DNA of 55,784 bases, filler included, from Sluysia triapertura (taxonomy: Eukaryota): NCBI GenBank assembly GCA_046118255.1. It is 4 parts of 4 records of this genome, joined end to end, with 100 filler letters (N's around TTAATTAATTAA, not from the genome) between each part and the next. Parts side by side here need not be neighbours in the genome. Positions count along the whole stretch, not along the records: positions 1 to 11,547 come from JBJNIA010183468.1; 3 more parts are not named here. One strand, given 5' to 3'. The notes under the pieces were generated by a model. The model ran no database searches. It had not been told where the DNA came from and was given only the letters and a program-made list of their open reading frames with translations. The position numbers were made by a program, and so were the translations under genes. Below, one piece after another: positions 1 through 11,547 of the stretch; position 1 is the stretch's first letter; every line of letters begins with the position of its first letter.

Positions 1-1659
1 GTTCATCCATTAATGTTGCTCCGTATTGTTTAATTTATTATATTATTAGGTTTTTTGAGATTAGTTCCATTAATGTACTCTTTGAGACTAATCATTTTAG
101 TAAATATTTTATTGTTGCGCGTATTGTTGCAAGTTGCATCAGTGGGGGTAGTTACAAGGAACACTTCCGATTTTATTAATTCTAAATGTAACCAAGACGA
201 ACGCGATGACTCGGATCATTGTGGGAGAAGCAGAAAACATTGTGGTGGAGTTAACTGGCACGGGAGAAGATGTTTTACATGTGAGATTTTTAGTAATGTA
301 CTGTTAAAAACGACTGTGGATATATTGAAACTGTGTGTTAATAAAATCACTTTACCGCCTTATTATTTTTATCGCCCTCAACAATTTTATATAAATAATT
401 TGAAGTGCTTTAAGCACAGTTTTTATAATCACGAAGTGGAAGTTTATCAAGAATATAAGTTAATAAGGAACTTTTTTAACTTAAGTAAAAACGTCGTGCA
501 AATAAATTTAAATCGAAACATAATAAAATTTTTAAAATCTAAACAGCCCCCTATACCGACTTCTCAGATAATTTGCAGTGAATAAGTTTAAGAAAACACT
601 AGCAACAATGAAGTTTTTCAGATATTCGTGGTAATAAAGTTTATTTCAGCCCACAGACATTTACTTATTATTTGACTTCAAGGTGATTTGAGTAAATGAT
701 TTGTGTAAATGATAAAAAAATAATGAAGCGAAAGAAGTAGAACTAATTGTAATAAAACGTGAGAAACAATAAAAATGTGGATCAGCATAAACATATATAC
801 ATATTTGCATATACAGACAAGAAGAATGTGAAAAGGTAAAGTGATGTGACTGTAATAAAATTATAATAATAACAAGTATCAGGTTAAAATTATAATAAAA
901 TTATTATGTAGTTTAATGTAATAATGTTGATAGAATTACGACAATATTACATTATTATGAGAATTATTACTGAGATCGAAATTATGATAACAATAAATAT
1001 AACGAATGAAATTATAAACCATGAGTATGTTTTGAATGAATCGAGTAATTTGTTTAGTGTTTTCTTTATGTAAGCAATGTTCGTTTGTGACGAAATGTGT
1101 TTGTGATTTTGAAAATGTAGAGTTCACTAGAGTTCACCACTGATTTTTTGGAATCCTCGTTTTAAGTAACATTGTATCATAAGATTTTATTTTTAGGGAG
1201 TTTATAATTTTTGTGGCAACTAGATTATGTTGCATAAACTCTGGATTTAAAGATTAAGTTACGCAAATTTGTTATTTATAATTATTGTAGAATTAATTTC
1301 TATATGTTAATTGTTAAAAATTTTATATTGTAGATAATTATCATTTTCTAGACTGTATTTTCTTTGTAATTATTTAAAATATATTAAAGCATTAATTATT
1401 TTGATTTTCATCATTTAATTAATATTAATAGAAAAGGATTTATTATTGTCATAAGAATTTTAAGAATCTCAATTATTATTATTTTTTTGTCATTTTGATT
1501 TAAGACTCAAGAGTATTTTACTTATTAATTGAATTTGTAAAGACCTTAATTTATAATTAGAATTTGGATTCATTCTCTGAAAATTAAGAGTTTATTACAA
1601 TTAAAGAATAATCAATTTAATTATTGAATGTGTTAATAATTTTAAATAACGACGCAACA

Positions 1660-2070
1660 TCACCATCATTAAGATTATTGTCACTCATCATCATCAACGT
1701 CACGCATCATTATTATTAACATCATCGCCTTTATCATAACCATCACCATCATCATTACCATTATTATTATTATCTTCATCATAATCATTAACATCTTCTT
1801 CATCATCATTATTATCATCTTCATCTTCATCATAATCATTATTATTATCATCATCATCATAATCATTATCATCTTCTTCATCATCATAATTATTATTATC
1901 ATCTTCATCATAATCATGTATCATCATAATAATTATTATTATCATCATCATCATCATAATAAGCATTATTATTATTATCATCATTATCAACATCATCATA
2001 ATCATCATTATTATTATAATCATTATCAACATCAACATCATTATCATCATCATCATAAGCAGCATCAAAT
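1660..2070. repeat. Degenerate (ATC/ATT)n trinucleotide low-complexity tract
   Basis: About 400 bp of CAT/TAT/TCT triplets. This explains the poly-M/I and poly-D/N ORFs 1681..1917 and 1700..2068. Confidence 0.9.
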
Positions 2071-2427
2071 AATTATTTAATAAATCTTTTATTATTCATC
2101 TCATTGAATATGACCACTAAAATGATAATATTTAATATCTCTGAACTTTGCTATCGTCGTCCAATTAAAACGGATTAATTGATTCATATTTCATTTTCGT
2201 TATAAAAGTGTAATTTTATCGCAGAATAAACTTTGCTGTTGCAAATCGATATTATTATTATTATGTAGAATTTGATTGGCGGATATTCTAAATTGAAAAA
2301 TGAAGTCTATGCACATGGTAGAAGAATATGTGTTAAATGTGTAGCTGCAGTGTTGTGACATTTAAGTGTACATAGAGAAAGTGTGACATATGCACATAAA
2401 GTGCAAAATGTATGTAATATAAGTTTG

Positions 2428-2466
2428 ATTGGATGAATCTTGATTATATAAACCGTTATTGGCCAA
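2428..2466 (+). promoter_or_regulatory. Putative arginine kinase core promoter (reverse CCAAT boxes plus TATA box)
   Basis: ATTGG at 2428, TATATAAA at 2445-2452 and ATTGGCCAA at 2458. The TATA box lies about 45-50 bp upstream of the ATG at 2497. Confidence 0.4.
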
Positions 2467-2496
2467 GTAATACAGCATTACCAAGTGGTCAACAGT

Positions 2497-3708
2497 ATGA
2501 GTTTCACAACGTTGGAAGAGGCGTACAGCATCCTCAAGGATAGTAACAGCAAATCTCTTTTGAAACAAAATCTGACGGAAGACGTTTATCAGAAATTGAA
2601 GAATAAAAAGACCCACTTCGAATCGACTTTGTTAGACGTCATAAAGTCGGGAGTTGCTAATCTGGACTCGGGGACAGGCATCTATGCTCCGGACCATGAA
2701 AGTTATGAGGTGTTTGATGCTCTATTTGATAAAGTGATCCGCCAGTATCACGGTGTGCAAGGAGACATGAAGGTTAATATATGACCTTGAATTTTGATAT
2801 ATAAATGATGAATTAAACAAATTATTTGAATTTGAACATCAAAAATTGAAATGAAAAGTGTACCCGCAGAAATCTCAGAAAATAATATTTATTTTAAAAA
2901 TTAAAAATTCATTAATATTTCTTTCGTTCAGCATCCTGCCTATAATTTCGGGAATCTGGACGAGTTTAAGAACATCGATCCAGCCGGGGATTTCGTGGTC
3001 TCCACGCGTTGCAGATTGGCCAGAAATTTGAAGAAGTTCCCTTTCAATCCTCGAATGAGCGAGAAGAATTACGAGGAGCTTGAAAGTCTCGTGAAGAAGG
3101 GTACAGACTCGTTCGAGGGGGACCTTGCTGGCGAGTACATGCCCTTGTCAACGATGTCTGCAGAGAAGCAGAATGAACTGATTGAGGCGCATTTCCTGTT
3201 CAAGGAGGGGGATCGATTTTTAGAGGCAGCTGGTGCCCTCAGATTCTGGCCCAAAGGTCGTGGTATATTCATGAACAAGGACAGTACCTTCTTGATTTGG
3301 GTGGGCGAAGAAGACCACTTGCGATTGATTTCCATGCAACAAGGCGGAGATCTGGGGGCTGTGGTGAAGCGACTGAAGACAGCTTGCGACACATTTAGCA
3401 AACATTTTGATTTTGCATTGTCACCGAAATTGGGCACTCTGACGTTTTGCCCCACGAATCTGGGAACAAGTATTCGAAGTTCCGTCCACATCAAATTACC
3501 GAAGTTAGCTAAGGACATGAAGAAATTCGAAGAATTAGCAGCAAAATACAATCTACAAATTCGAGGAATCCATGGCGAACACAGCGAGAGTGAAGGAGGC
3601 ATTTATGATATTTCAAATAAGAGAAGATACGGCGCCGACGAACATGCCGTTATCTCTGACATGTATTATGGTATTAAAGCTATGATCGAAGAAGAAAAGA
3701 AGCTGTAA
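2497..3708 (+). CDS. ArgK: Arginine kinase (phosphagen kinase), two exons: 2497-2772 and 2932-3708, 350 aa
   Basis: Phase-0 GT..AG intron at 2773-2931 joins ...QGDMK|HPAYNFG... in frame. Motifs present: LDSGTGIYAPD (guanidino-specificity region with the Asp/Tyr typical of AK), VSTRCRLARN, FKEGDRFL, WPKGRGI, EEDHLR, CPTNLGT, RGIHGEH, YDISNKRR. Confidence 0.95.
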
Positions 3709-4689
3709 ACTGAGTGTTGATGAAATTTTAAATTTATTGTACTATTTTTAGTAACAATCACATGATTTTTAGTTTCTGTTAGTTATTATTAATATAATTT
3801 ATTTTTTATTGTTTCTTGTTTCAAATCATCATATTATTAATGTTTTTATATTTTCATTTATTTAATATTTTAACAAGTTCATATTTCCCATATCATTGCA
3901 TTAAGCATTATTCGACATTCTCCATCATAATGCTCATAAATGAAGTTATTGCACTGGTACTAAAGTAGTAGACTTCATCCAAACATGATATAATTCAGTC
4001 CACTTGGTATGCATCTTTAAACTTATTTTCAAGTAGAGCAGCACTAACTTACTTCATTTACTATATGAAGTATGTGATTAGACAGTTGTTATTATTTGTA
4101 TTTCATTAAGAATACAGTATCAATCAAAACAGATGTTGGTTCTTCTATCCTTTAGCAAATTTAAGGTCTAAAATCGAATTTCTTTATTGTAGTAATTGCT
4201 TTTGGTCGATATCAAAATATTAAGAAACGATATTTTAATTTGAATTCAGCTATTCCTATTACATTGCTCATATTTTATTAACACATCCTAAGTTTTTAAT
4301 ACTTCATTGTGCATATTACCAAAATTTACTGCTTATGTTTCTCGTTAGTCTGTATTTCGATTTAGACCAATTGATTCAACATTATTATAATGCAAAAATT
4401 GTTGCATCGTTTTTTTATTGTTCCATTAATTGTATCTGTAGTTTGAAATGTAACCAAAATAAAATTCAGTACCCTAAAATCTTTTATATTAACCGCGTCT
4501 TATAGAAATAAATAAATAGAAAAATCAATGAAAATTATGAAAAAAACTAAGAAATAAAACTTTATTCAAAACATTCAAATCCTGAATTTTCGAAGTTCAA
4601 CTCACATTCATTGAGGAGCCTTAAAAACTTCAACATTAGTGAGGCTTATATGCAAGATTGTGGATGACCAAAAATTTGATATTTATAAC

Positions 4690-5352
4690 ATTACAAGTTT
4701 TGTTTGACGCATTGGATAAATTTCATTTGATTTTTATAGACCTAAATGATGTTCAACTAAGACTGATAGATCAACGTTAACTCGTCTTACAAATATTTTT
4801 GCATCTGTCAAAACTAACGTTATTTGAATCAGATACAAGACAAAAGTTTGATTTATTTCTTTGCAGTTTCAAGTAAACATTTACACCTGGAATCCAATAT
4901 TTTGGTTGATTAAAAAAATCCACGAATTGCAAACGTTTTTTGATTTTTCAATCCACTCTACTCTATGACTCTTATTTGAATGTTATCCAATAGTACTTAC
5001 TGTTACAACATAACTGTAATTTAGAATATTTTCTAATATTGAGCTTTTTGCATAATAACAATTTCCGTCTCACATCTTTCCATAATGCATGAAACATGTA
5101 ATTAGTTATTCGAACATCTTCTTTATCAGGTAAATCTGTACCATCTGATTTTATTACTTTCAACTCAACAAATAATTATGTATCATTAAAGTCAAGTTAA
5201 TCCGTTCCTGAAGCTTGTATTTTAAATTCTATATCTCCATCATTATTATTTATTGTACTGATAAGACAAATCTCTTCAAATTTTGAATTTTGTATAACAA
5301 CTTGAGGAGGAAGACGATGAAAAATACATAATTCAGTTTTTTCACAACTCAT
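4690..5352 (-). mobile_element. Polinton/Maverick major capsid protein (double jelly-roll) remnant, pseudogenised and truncated
   Basis: Minus strand from ATG 5352 reads MSCEKTELCIFHRLPPQVVIQ...DIEFKIQASGTD*LDFNDT*LFVELKVIKSDGTDL...ITNYMFHALWKDV, then FNQPKYWIPGVNVYLKL...KIFVRRVNVDLSVLVEH..L.KSNEIYPMRQTK. This follows the Polinton capsid pattern (K.ELDLF..PPTQ, IEF...G...YLDL, N..LHSLF..V, L.NGV..R.KL, LFVRKV.......H...L.....YP.R). Stops and frameshifts are present. Confidence 0.85.
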
Positions 5353-5669
5353 TATTTCTCGTAAAATATAATTTTTTTGTCTTTTTCTTGATTACAGGAA
5401 ATTATAACAATTTGTGGTAAGTACAACATTTACAAAATTTTTCATAGATTCAACTACTTTGTGGTGACCAACCCTATGATTTGAAGTTTTGTAAATCAAC
5501 AGACAATAAATCATTCTTCACAATATTTCATAATTCATAATATTTTAAAACATTACAAATAAAAAATTACACATCAAATTCACATTCAATATCAAAAATC
5601 ATCAAGATTTACTTAAAAATTAATTCAAAACATTACAAACTTAATCCAACATAGATCATATAAAATCAT

Positions 5670-6140
5670 AGTCCATAACTCTCTATTTTCCATTAAAACC
5701 TTTTTTTTATATTTTATTTCTTCAGATTCACTAAAATCTTTTTCCATACATCAAAACATTTAAATTAATAATCTGTCAACACCCTAATCTTTATTACATT
5801 CAAAATTATCAATCCTTATGGAAAAAACTCCTTTAAAACATTTATTCATGATCTCGTAACGTTTGAATCATAATTACATCCCAAACTATCAAATTTACAT
5901 CTTAAAATCAATCCAAGATATTGAAAGTGTACAACACTCAACATTCAATCTGTAACACCACTGAAAACTTTGAACTAACACTTTGAAATCATTTTAGATA
6001 TAGTAATCAAAATAACATTCTCTAAACAATTCAGTATCGATCACTTCGTTCAAACACTCTCTAACAGCTCTTTCTACAACAGTCTCTGATACCAACTAAA
6101 ATCAACTGTATTTAAAGATTGTTTTAAACATTCAGCTTTT
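5670..6140 (-). mobile_element. Highly decayed non-LTR retrotransposon RT C-terminal fragment (RTE-like)
   Basis: Minus strand shows VVHFQYLGLILRC (F.YLG motif) followed by a degenerate V..LMYG-like segment. Many stops. Confidence 0.35.
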
Positions 6141-6860
6141 AAGACTTCTAAAGATATTTAGGATAATTAAAGAAATAATATGTTAAGAAAATAGTTAAAG
6201 TAATAAGACAGCTCGTGTATCAAGGTTAAAGCAAAAAGAATTTGTTTTTTTTAATTTTAATAATAATAAATGTTATTACTAGTATTATTATGATTTAATA
6301 TTATTATTCTGTTTTTATTATTATGTCAACCATTTTTTATTATCAATATTGCCATTATTATTATTACTATTAATAATTATTAATAATTATAATCATCATT
6401 ACACACCATTAGTGTTAATTTATCAACCATCCCACCAGTTGACAGCACATTTAACTAATTCATTATTTTGTATCAAACTGCCAACTAGTGACACTTACTA
6501 AGTTCATTATCTCGTTTGATTGAGCGTCCAATCGATTTCTTTCTGTCTTGTAGTTTTGTCTCATCTGATTGGACATCCAATCATAACCAGATCTTTTTCA
6601 TGAGTTTATGTATACCTATATTAATCAAATCATCGTATTGTTTAATCCTTGTGGTATTTTCTGAATGATAGCTAAAAATAGTATAATAGATAATTATTAA
6701 TCTGTACATTAGCAGTGTGAATGTTAAAAATAGACACGAAAAATTAAGTGTATGCTATAAATTGATTAATGTTGATACAAAAACAAACATAAATGAATTT
6801 TAATAACTATCTTCAATAATTAACATTGATAAAACAGATAATTTCAAATTATAAACTTAC

Positions 6861-7118
6861 CAAAAAATTCAAAGATCCTATAATGATAACAACAGCAATC
6901 AAACTGTCAGCGATTCTAGATAATGTATCTAATTTTAAATATCTTAAATCTGTTACAGTTCAACAACATGTTGTACCACTATTACCTCAATGCAGGCATG
7001 AGATTGGTATATCTAAAAACGATAACCAAGAGATTTTTCCTTATGGTATCCCATTTATCCAACAATTTGCTTCCACCATCAACATTTAATATATATAACA
7101 ATCCTGAGCGCAATTTCA
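6861..7118 (-). pseudogene. Tetraspanin-like EC2/TM4 exon remnant
   Basis: AG/GTAAGT-bounded segment reading KLRSGLLY...KLLDKWDTIRKNL, then (shifted) DIPISCLH*...TTCC*...IADSLIAVVIIIGSLNFL. This resembles tetraspanin WD.IQ..L, P.SC and TM4. The CCG motif is not retained. Confidence 0.3.
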
Positions 7119-7751
7119 CTAAGAATTAATTTAATTTGGTTAATCTCATGCAATAAAGTCAATTCAATTAACACAACATACTGGTCTTTCATTAACTAAT
7201 ACTTTGGGGGATTGGAGTTTTTAAATGATGATAAACCATTGTATAGTGTTACTATTTGGCCGAGTTTTGAAATGAGTTTGTTATCTATATTGAATTTTAA
7301 GAATGTAGTTTTATTAAAGGTTGTACGTTCATTTAATATAAATTCGACTTTTGACATCGTAGGAACAGAAATTCTTAAGACTGAACAATTATTATTGACT
7401 CTGTTGTTAAATAATTTGAAAGATATTATTTGATTATTTATATTATTGTTTATACTTTTGAACTTTGAGAACGGTATCTTGTCTTTATTTATGCGAAAAT
7501 AAAAAAGTTTACGATAGACAAAAAAGGATTTTATTAAATATATAATAACATATAAGTATGTATTTCAAAATTTCATTTAATTCTAAACTCATGATAATGG
7601 AGTCCATATTTCATATTTGTAGTCTGAAAAATATAACACAGTAAAATTAAATTTTATATACAAACGATTAAAATTTACCGAACATTTTATAAAAACCGAG
7701 TTTTGATGTATCTGCTTGCTACTATTAAAGTACAACTAAATCGCAACATTA

Positions 7752-9062
7752 TCAATAACATAACGAGTAGAGTCGTCGAATAAGGTGATAATCTTGCCAC
7801 ATTCGCCATTGATCTAAATTTGATGTGGACACCATTTTTATTAATTGTATTAATATATCATGGCATTCGTCATTCAAAAGTAGCCAAAATGTAATCACGC
7901 GATCTGTATCCATACCAATAGTTTTGCAATATGAATACTTTACATCTAACAACATTTTATCTAACTTTTTGTCCATAATACATCGTGATCATTCCACTGT
8001 GATCCTTTACGAAACTTTCGTTCTGGCAAAATTTGACTACTGAATTCCTCCAGTATTTCAGTACTCTGAGAAATAATGTCTAAGAAAATTGAAATAGATT
8101 CATATTCTAATCTTAAGTATTCATTAACCAACCTATCGTCTTTCATTGGTCGTGCAACACTTTCATTATAATCGAATAATTCATTAGTACTATTCTCTTC
8201 GACCCATTTATCAATCAATTTTATATATCGACTCCATAAATTAATAAACGAACCTTTAAAATAAGCCGTTTGAATAAAATAATGATAAACATTTTTAGCA
8301 ATCAAAATGATCAAAATTAATTTACGTCGTTTTTGTATTAAACAATGATCAATGATTATTTTGTATTCTTCAATACTACGTAGTATTTCCCAAAGATCAT
8401 GGTGTGTAAATCTAGATAATTCCGAGTGCGACAATACTAACGAATCTTGAGATACAAGTTGTGGAATTACTAAAATCAATTGTAATAAATGAAATTTTTG
8501 TAAATCATTCAAATTGAGTTGATAACGAAACAAATACGCCTGAATCGTTGAATTATTGTGCACGAAACGCGGCACTGAATGCAACTCATTAAAACATACT
8601 CGCATATTTATACAAAGACCAAGCAAACATTCCAAACGACAATCTGAAGCAGAAGATCTGGAACTACGTGCATTCTGTAAGTTCTGCAATTTATTGAATA
8701 AAGCATCAATGCAAAATGATCGTTGACTATTTTCAATTAGATCTTCATTTGCAGCATTTGATTTATAAATATTAACTTTTTCATTTTCTAAAAGTAATGT
8801 GTTTTCTGTACCTAAATTACCAATATCATTCGATATAACATCAATTTTTTGTTTCAAGAAACGTAACTATGTTTAATATTTGACCACATAAATCTGTTAA
8901 TTCACAAAAAATTTCATTAACTTTTAATGGTAAGCATGATAATTGATTTATGAAATCTGATAATGCAGCTTGAGCAACATATTGTGAATTATTTTCAACA
9001 TTAGGTGGAACGACAGCGTTACTAACTAATGTAGGTTCAATACGACGATTAGCAAGGAGCAT
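7752..9062 (-). pseudogene. About 435-aa helical protein broken by two single-base frameshifts; weak resemblance to protein Lines (LINS1)
   Basis: ORFs 8841..9062, 7961..8857 and 7752..7976 join into one frame if one A is removed from the A-run near 8848 and one is added to the A-run near 7968. RKLILIIL, KDDRLVN and KTIGMDTDRVITFWLL...ILIQLIK...W loosely recall Lines QDD..L and IGFD.SVLLDFL...L...LK...W. Confidence refers to it being a gene; the family call is much weaker. Confidence 0.6.
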
Positions 9063-9244
9063 TTATTTCATTTTTGTTATGTGAATTTTTTAATCAAGAC
9101 TTCTTTTTCATCAAATTGTGATTTAACCGATATGATTACTTATTTTTTATTGAAGTTCAACAGGTAAATTATATACGTGTTTATTTTTAACGAATAATTT
9201 TTATTTTTAATTTTTTTGTTCTGATCCACGTTTATTTTGCAACG

Positions 9245-9380
9245 TGGTTGGTCATCCAATCAGGACTTTCAAACAGAATATCAAACAATATTAGCTCTGA
9301 TTGGGTGACAGCCAAAAAGATAAATCTTTATACATACAACCAGTGATTGCTGATGATTAGCCTTCATCAGTATTGGCACG
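9245..9380. promoter_or_regulatory. CCAAT/NFI-like motif cluster upstream of the 9062 minus-strand gene
   Basis: TGGTTGG-TCAT-CCAATCA at 9245-9262 and TTGG-GTGACAG-CCAA at 9301-9315 (NFI-type TTGG-N7-CCAA spacing), with a further ATTGG near 9373. Confidence 0.4.
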
Positions 9381-9637
9381 TTAATGAAAATTGTGATGAG
9401 TAGTGTTAACAATGGTGATGGCAGCAACTATTTGAAACATTATGAGATAAAATTAAATGGTACTTAATTTAATAATTGATAATAATAATAATAACAATAA
9501 CAATATTGTTATTATTATTATTAATAAAAGAAAAATCGCATAAATCTCTCTTCGATATTTACACGATCTTTCTTTCCTTTAATACTTATTTCTTCTGAAC
9601 ATATGAAAATAAAAATAAATTAAAATTGATAAAATTG

Positions 9638-9695
9638 AACGAAATAGCGACGATAACAGGGTGCACTATGCTCGAGTTATCGTTGTTATTTCGTT
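9638..9695 (+). ncRNA. Pre-miRNA-like hairpin (candidate)
   Basis: AACGAAATAGCGACGATAAC pairs with GTTATCGTTGTTATTTCGTT over 20 contiguous bp, including two G-U pairs on the + strand. The loop is 18 nt. Confidence 0.35.
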
Positions 9696-11547
9696 GCATA
9701 AAATTAAATTCTTTGAAACTGTAAACGATCTTCCTTAATTTTTACAGATTTTTAATATGTTGAAATAAATTAAAAAATGTATTTAACACTAATTTTCTGA
9801 GTAAGAATTCTTTTGAAAGAATTGTTAAGTATAATTAACCTTTGAAGATATGATAATTGATTTGAGTCGTAAAATGAAATAGAGAATGTTAGAATGAGTT
9901 CTTAAATACTGATTGAAGTTTATAAATGAAAACAAGATTTACGTATTGAAATATCGTGGATAAAAGGCTTATTGTGAATATTGTAATTTATTAGATTTAA
10001 CAACTACAATACAACTCTTGGTTTATTTAAGATGTTATTATACAATGTTTTGTGTGATTTGTTTATTTGATGTTTTTGGTGTTGTTGTACTGTCTTGTTG
10101 ATGATTATGCATAGATGAATAGTGAATTTGAAATGTTGTAGTTGATTCGAAGATGTAAAGTAGGTATTTTATGTTTCAAGTAGATTTGCTGATGTGTTGA
10201 ATGGTATTAAATGTAATTGTTGTTTATGTGTTATAAGTTTGTAACTGTGAATTAGTTTAAGTAAATAAACTATTGAATAAATATTATTAAATATTAAGAA
10301 TTAATTGTTAAAGTATAATGTAAAATGAAGGGTTCGAAAGTATTGAATAGATTATTTCGAATGTGTTTGTTGTTGGATTATTGTGAATGACGAGTACTTG
10401 TTTTTGGTGGATTAGTTAATGTAAGTTGGTAATGTTGGGTTTAATTGTGATTTGGATGTTGTGGAATTGTGGATATGGATTGGTTTTGAAAGGTATGTAA
10501 GAGATGAATATATGAGTATTAAAGTATGATGAAAGAAAAAAATATTAATTTTTTAATAAAATTTTAGTGGTTGTCAAGGTTGGCCACTACAAATACCAAT
10601 CAAAATGTAACATACCACTGGAATCGAAACGAAATCTAAACCCATTAAACAACTGCCAATCAATTTATCAACGATTAATAAAATACAGCCAACCCATCCA
10701 CTTCGGATTCTCAACTTCAACTAAATCATTCAAACAACCTATGCTAATATGTTTAGACAAGAAAACCTCAATTTACAATCAGTAACAATTGTCCCTGATG
10801 CAGCCAAATAATCGGCAACTAAGGATTGTGCAACCACTTACTAAGAACACACATTCGAATAACGAGCGATCAAAGATTGTGCAACCATCAAGTAGTAATT
10901 CACAAACATGGATTACACAACCAATCAATAATCAAATCCGCAGGAAACCTAAACATACAATTACACAACTCACTAATGTAAAACTGCATAACCAAGTAGC
11001 TGCCAAAGAATTTCAAAATCGGAAACATCGCAAAATCCATCAGCACATTGACACCTGGAAAACAAGAAAGATCATGCAATCCACCAATCTCACTGAAATG
11101 CGGACATACTATAATAATGATTACAATCACTAACGAACAACTGGCAAAATCCAAGCAAACAGAGGAAACAGAAGATTAAATCCAAAAGAACTATAAAGGT
11201 TCTGTGGCTCGATGATCGAGAAGTCGTTGCGGAAACAATAAAAGTTAGTCATATAAGCCTGAAAAATATTTCATCCACACCCCGTAGAAGAAACTACCCG
11301 AACACTCAAGAAAACTCCGAAATACAAACTCCTCATATTTCAAGAAGTGGCACCCTCACCAACACTGAAGCGCAAGTGGCTTCAGGCAATAATTCCCGAA
11401 CCTGAAAAAACTGAAATGAACTCTAACATTACCAATGATCTCCAAATAAACCAAATAATAATAATGATAATGTTGGGATTAGTGAAGAATAAGGGTTGAT
11501 AGAAGGGTCAAAACTTAGGATAGCAGTATCAGTGGAACGTTATTAAA

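Noticed and set aside
55-585. 176-aa plus-strand ORF
   Set aside because: Starts at TTG and has no recognisable motif. Part of it may be the antisense of a minus-strand exon (about 300-140), but no product could be supported.
1681-2068. Poly-Met/Ile and poly-Asp/Asn ORFs
   Set aside because: Translations of a trinucleotide repeat with no splice or domain support.
2362-3602. Minus-strand ORFs 2362..2616, 3069..3602 and 3220..3405
   Set aside because: Antisense shadows of the arginine kinase exons.
3885-4050. CNNFIYEHYDGECRI, PAN/apple-domain-like peptide on the minus strand
   Set aside because: Too short and flanked by stops. It cannot be distinguished from chance.
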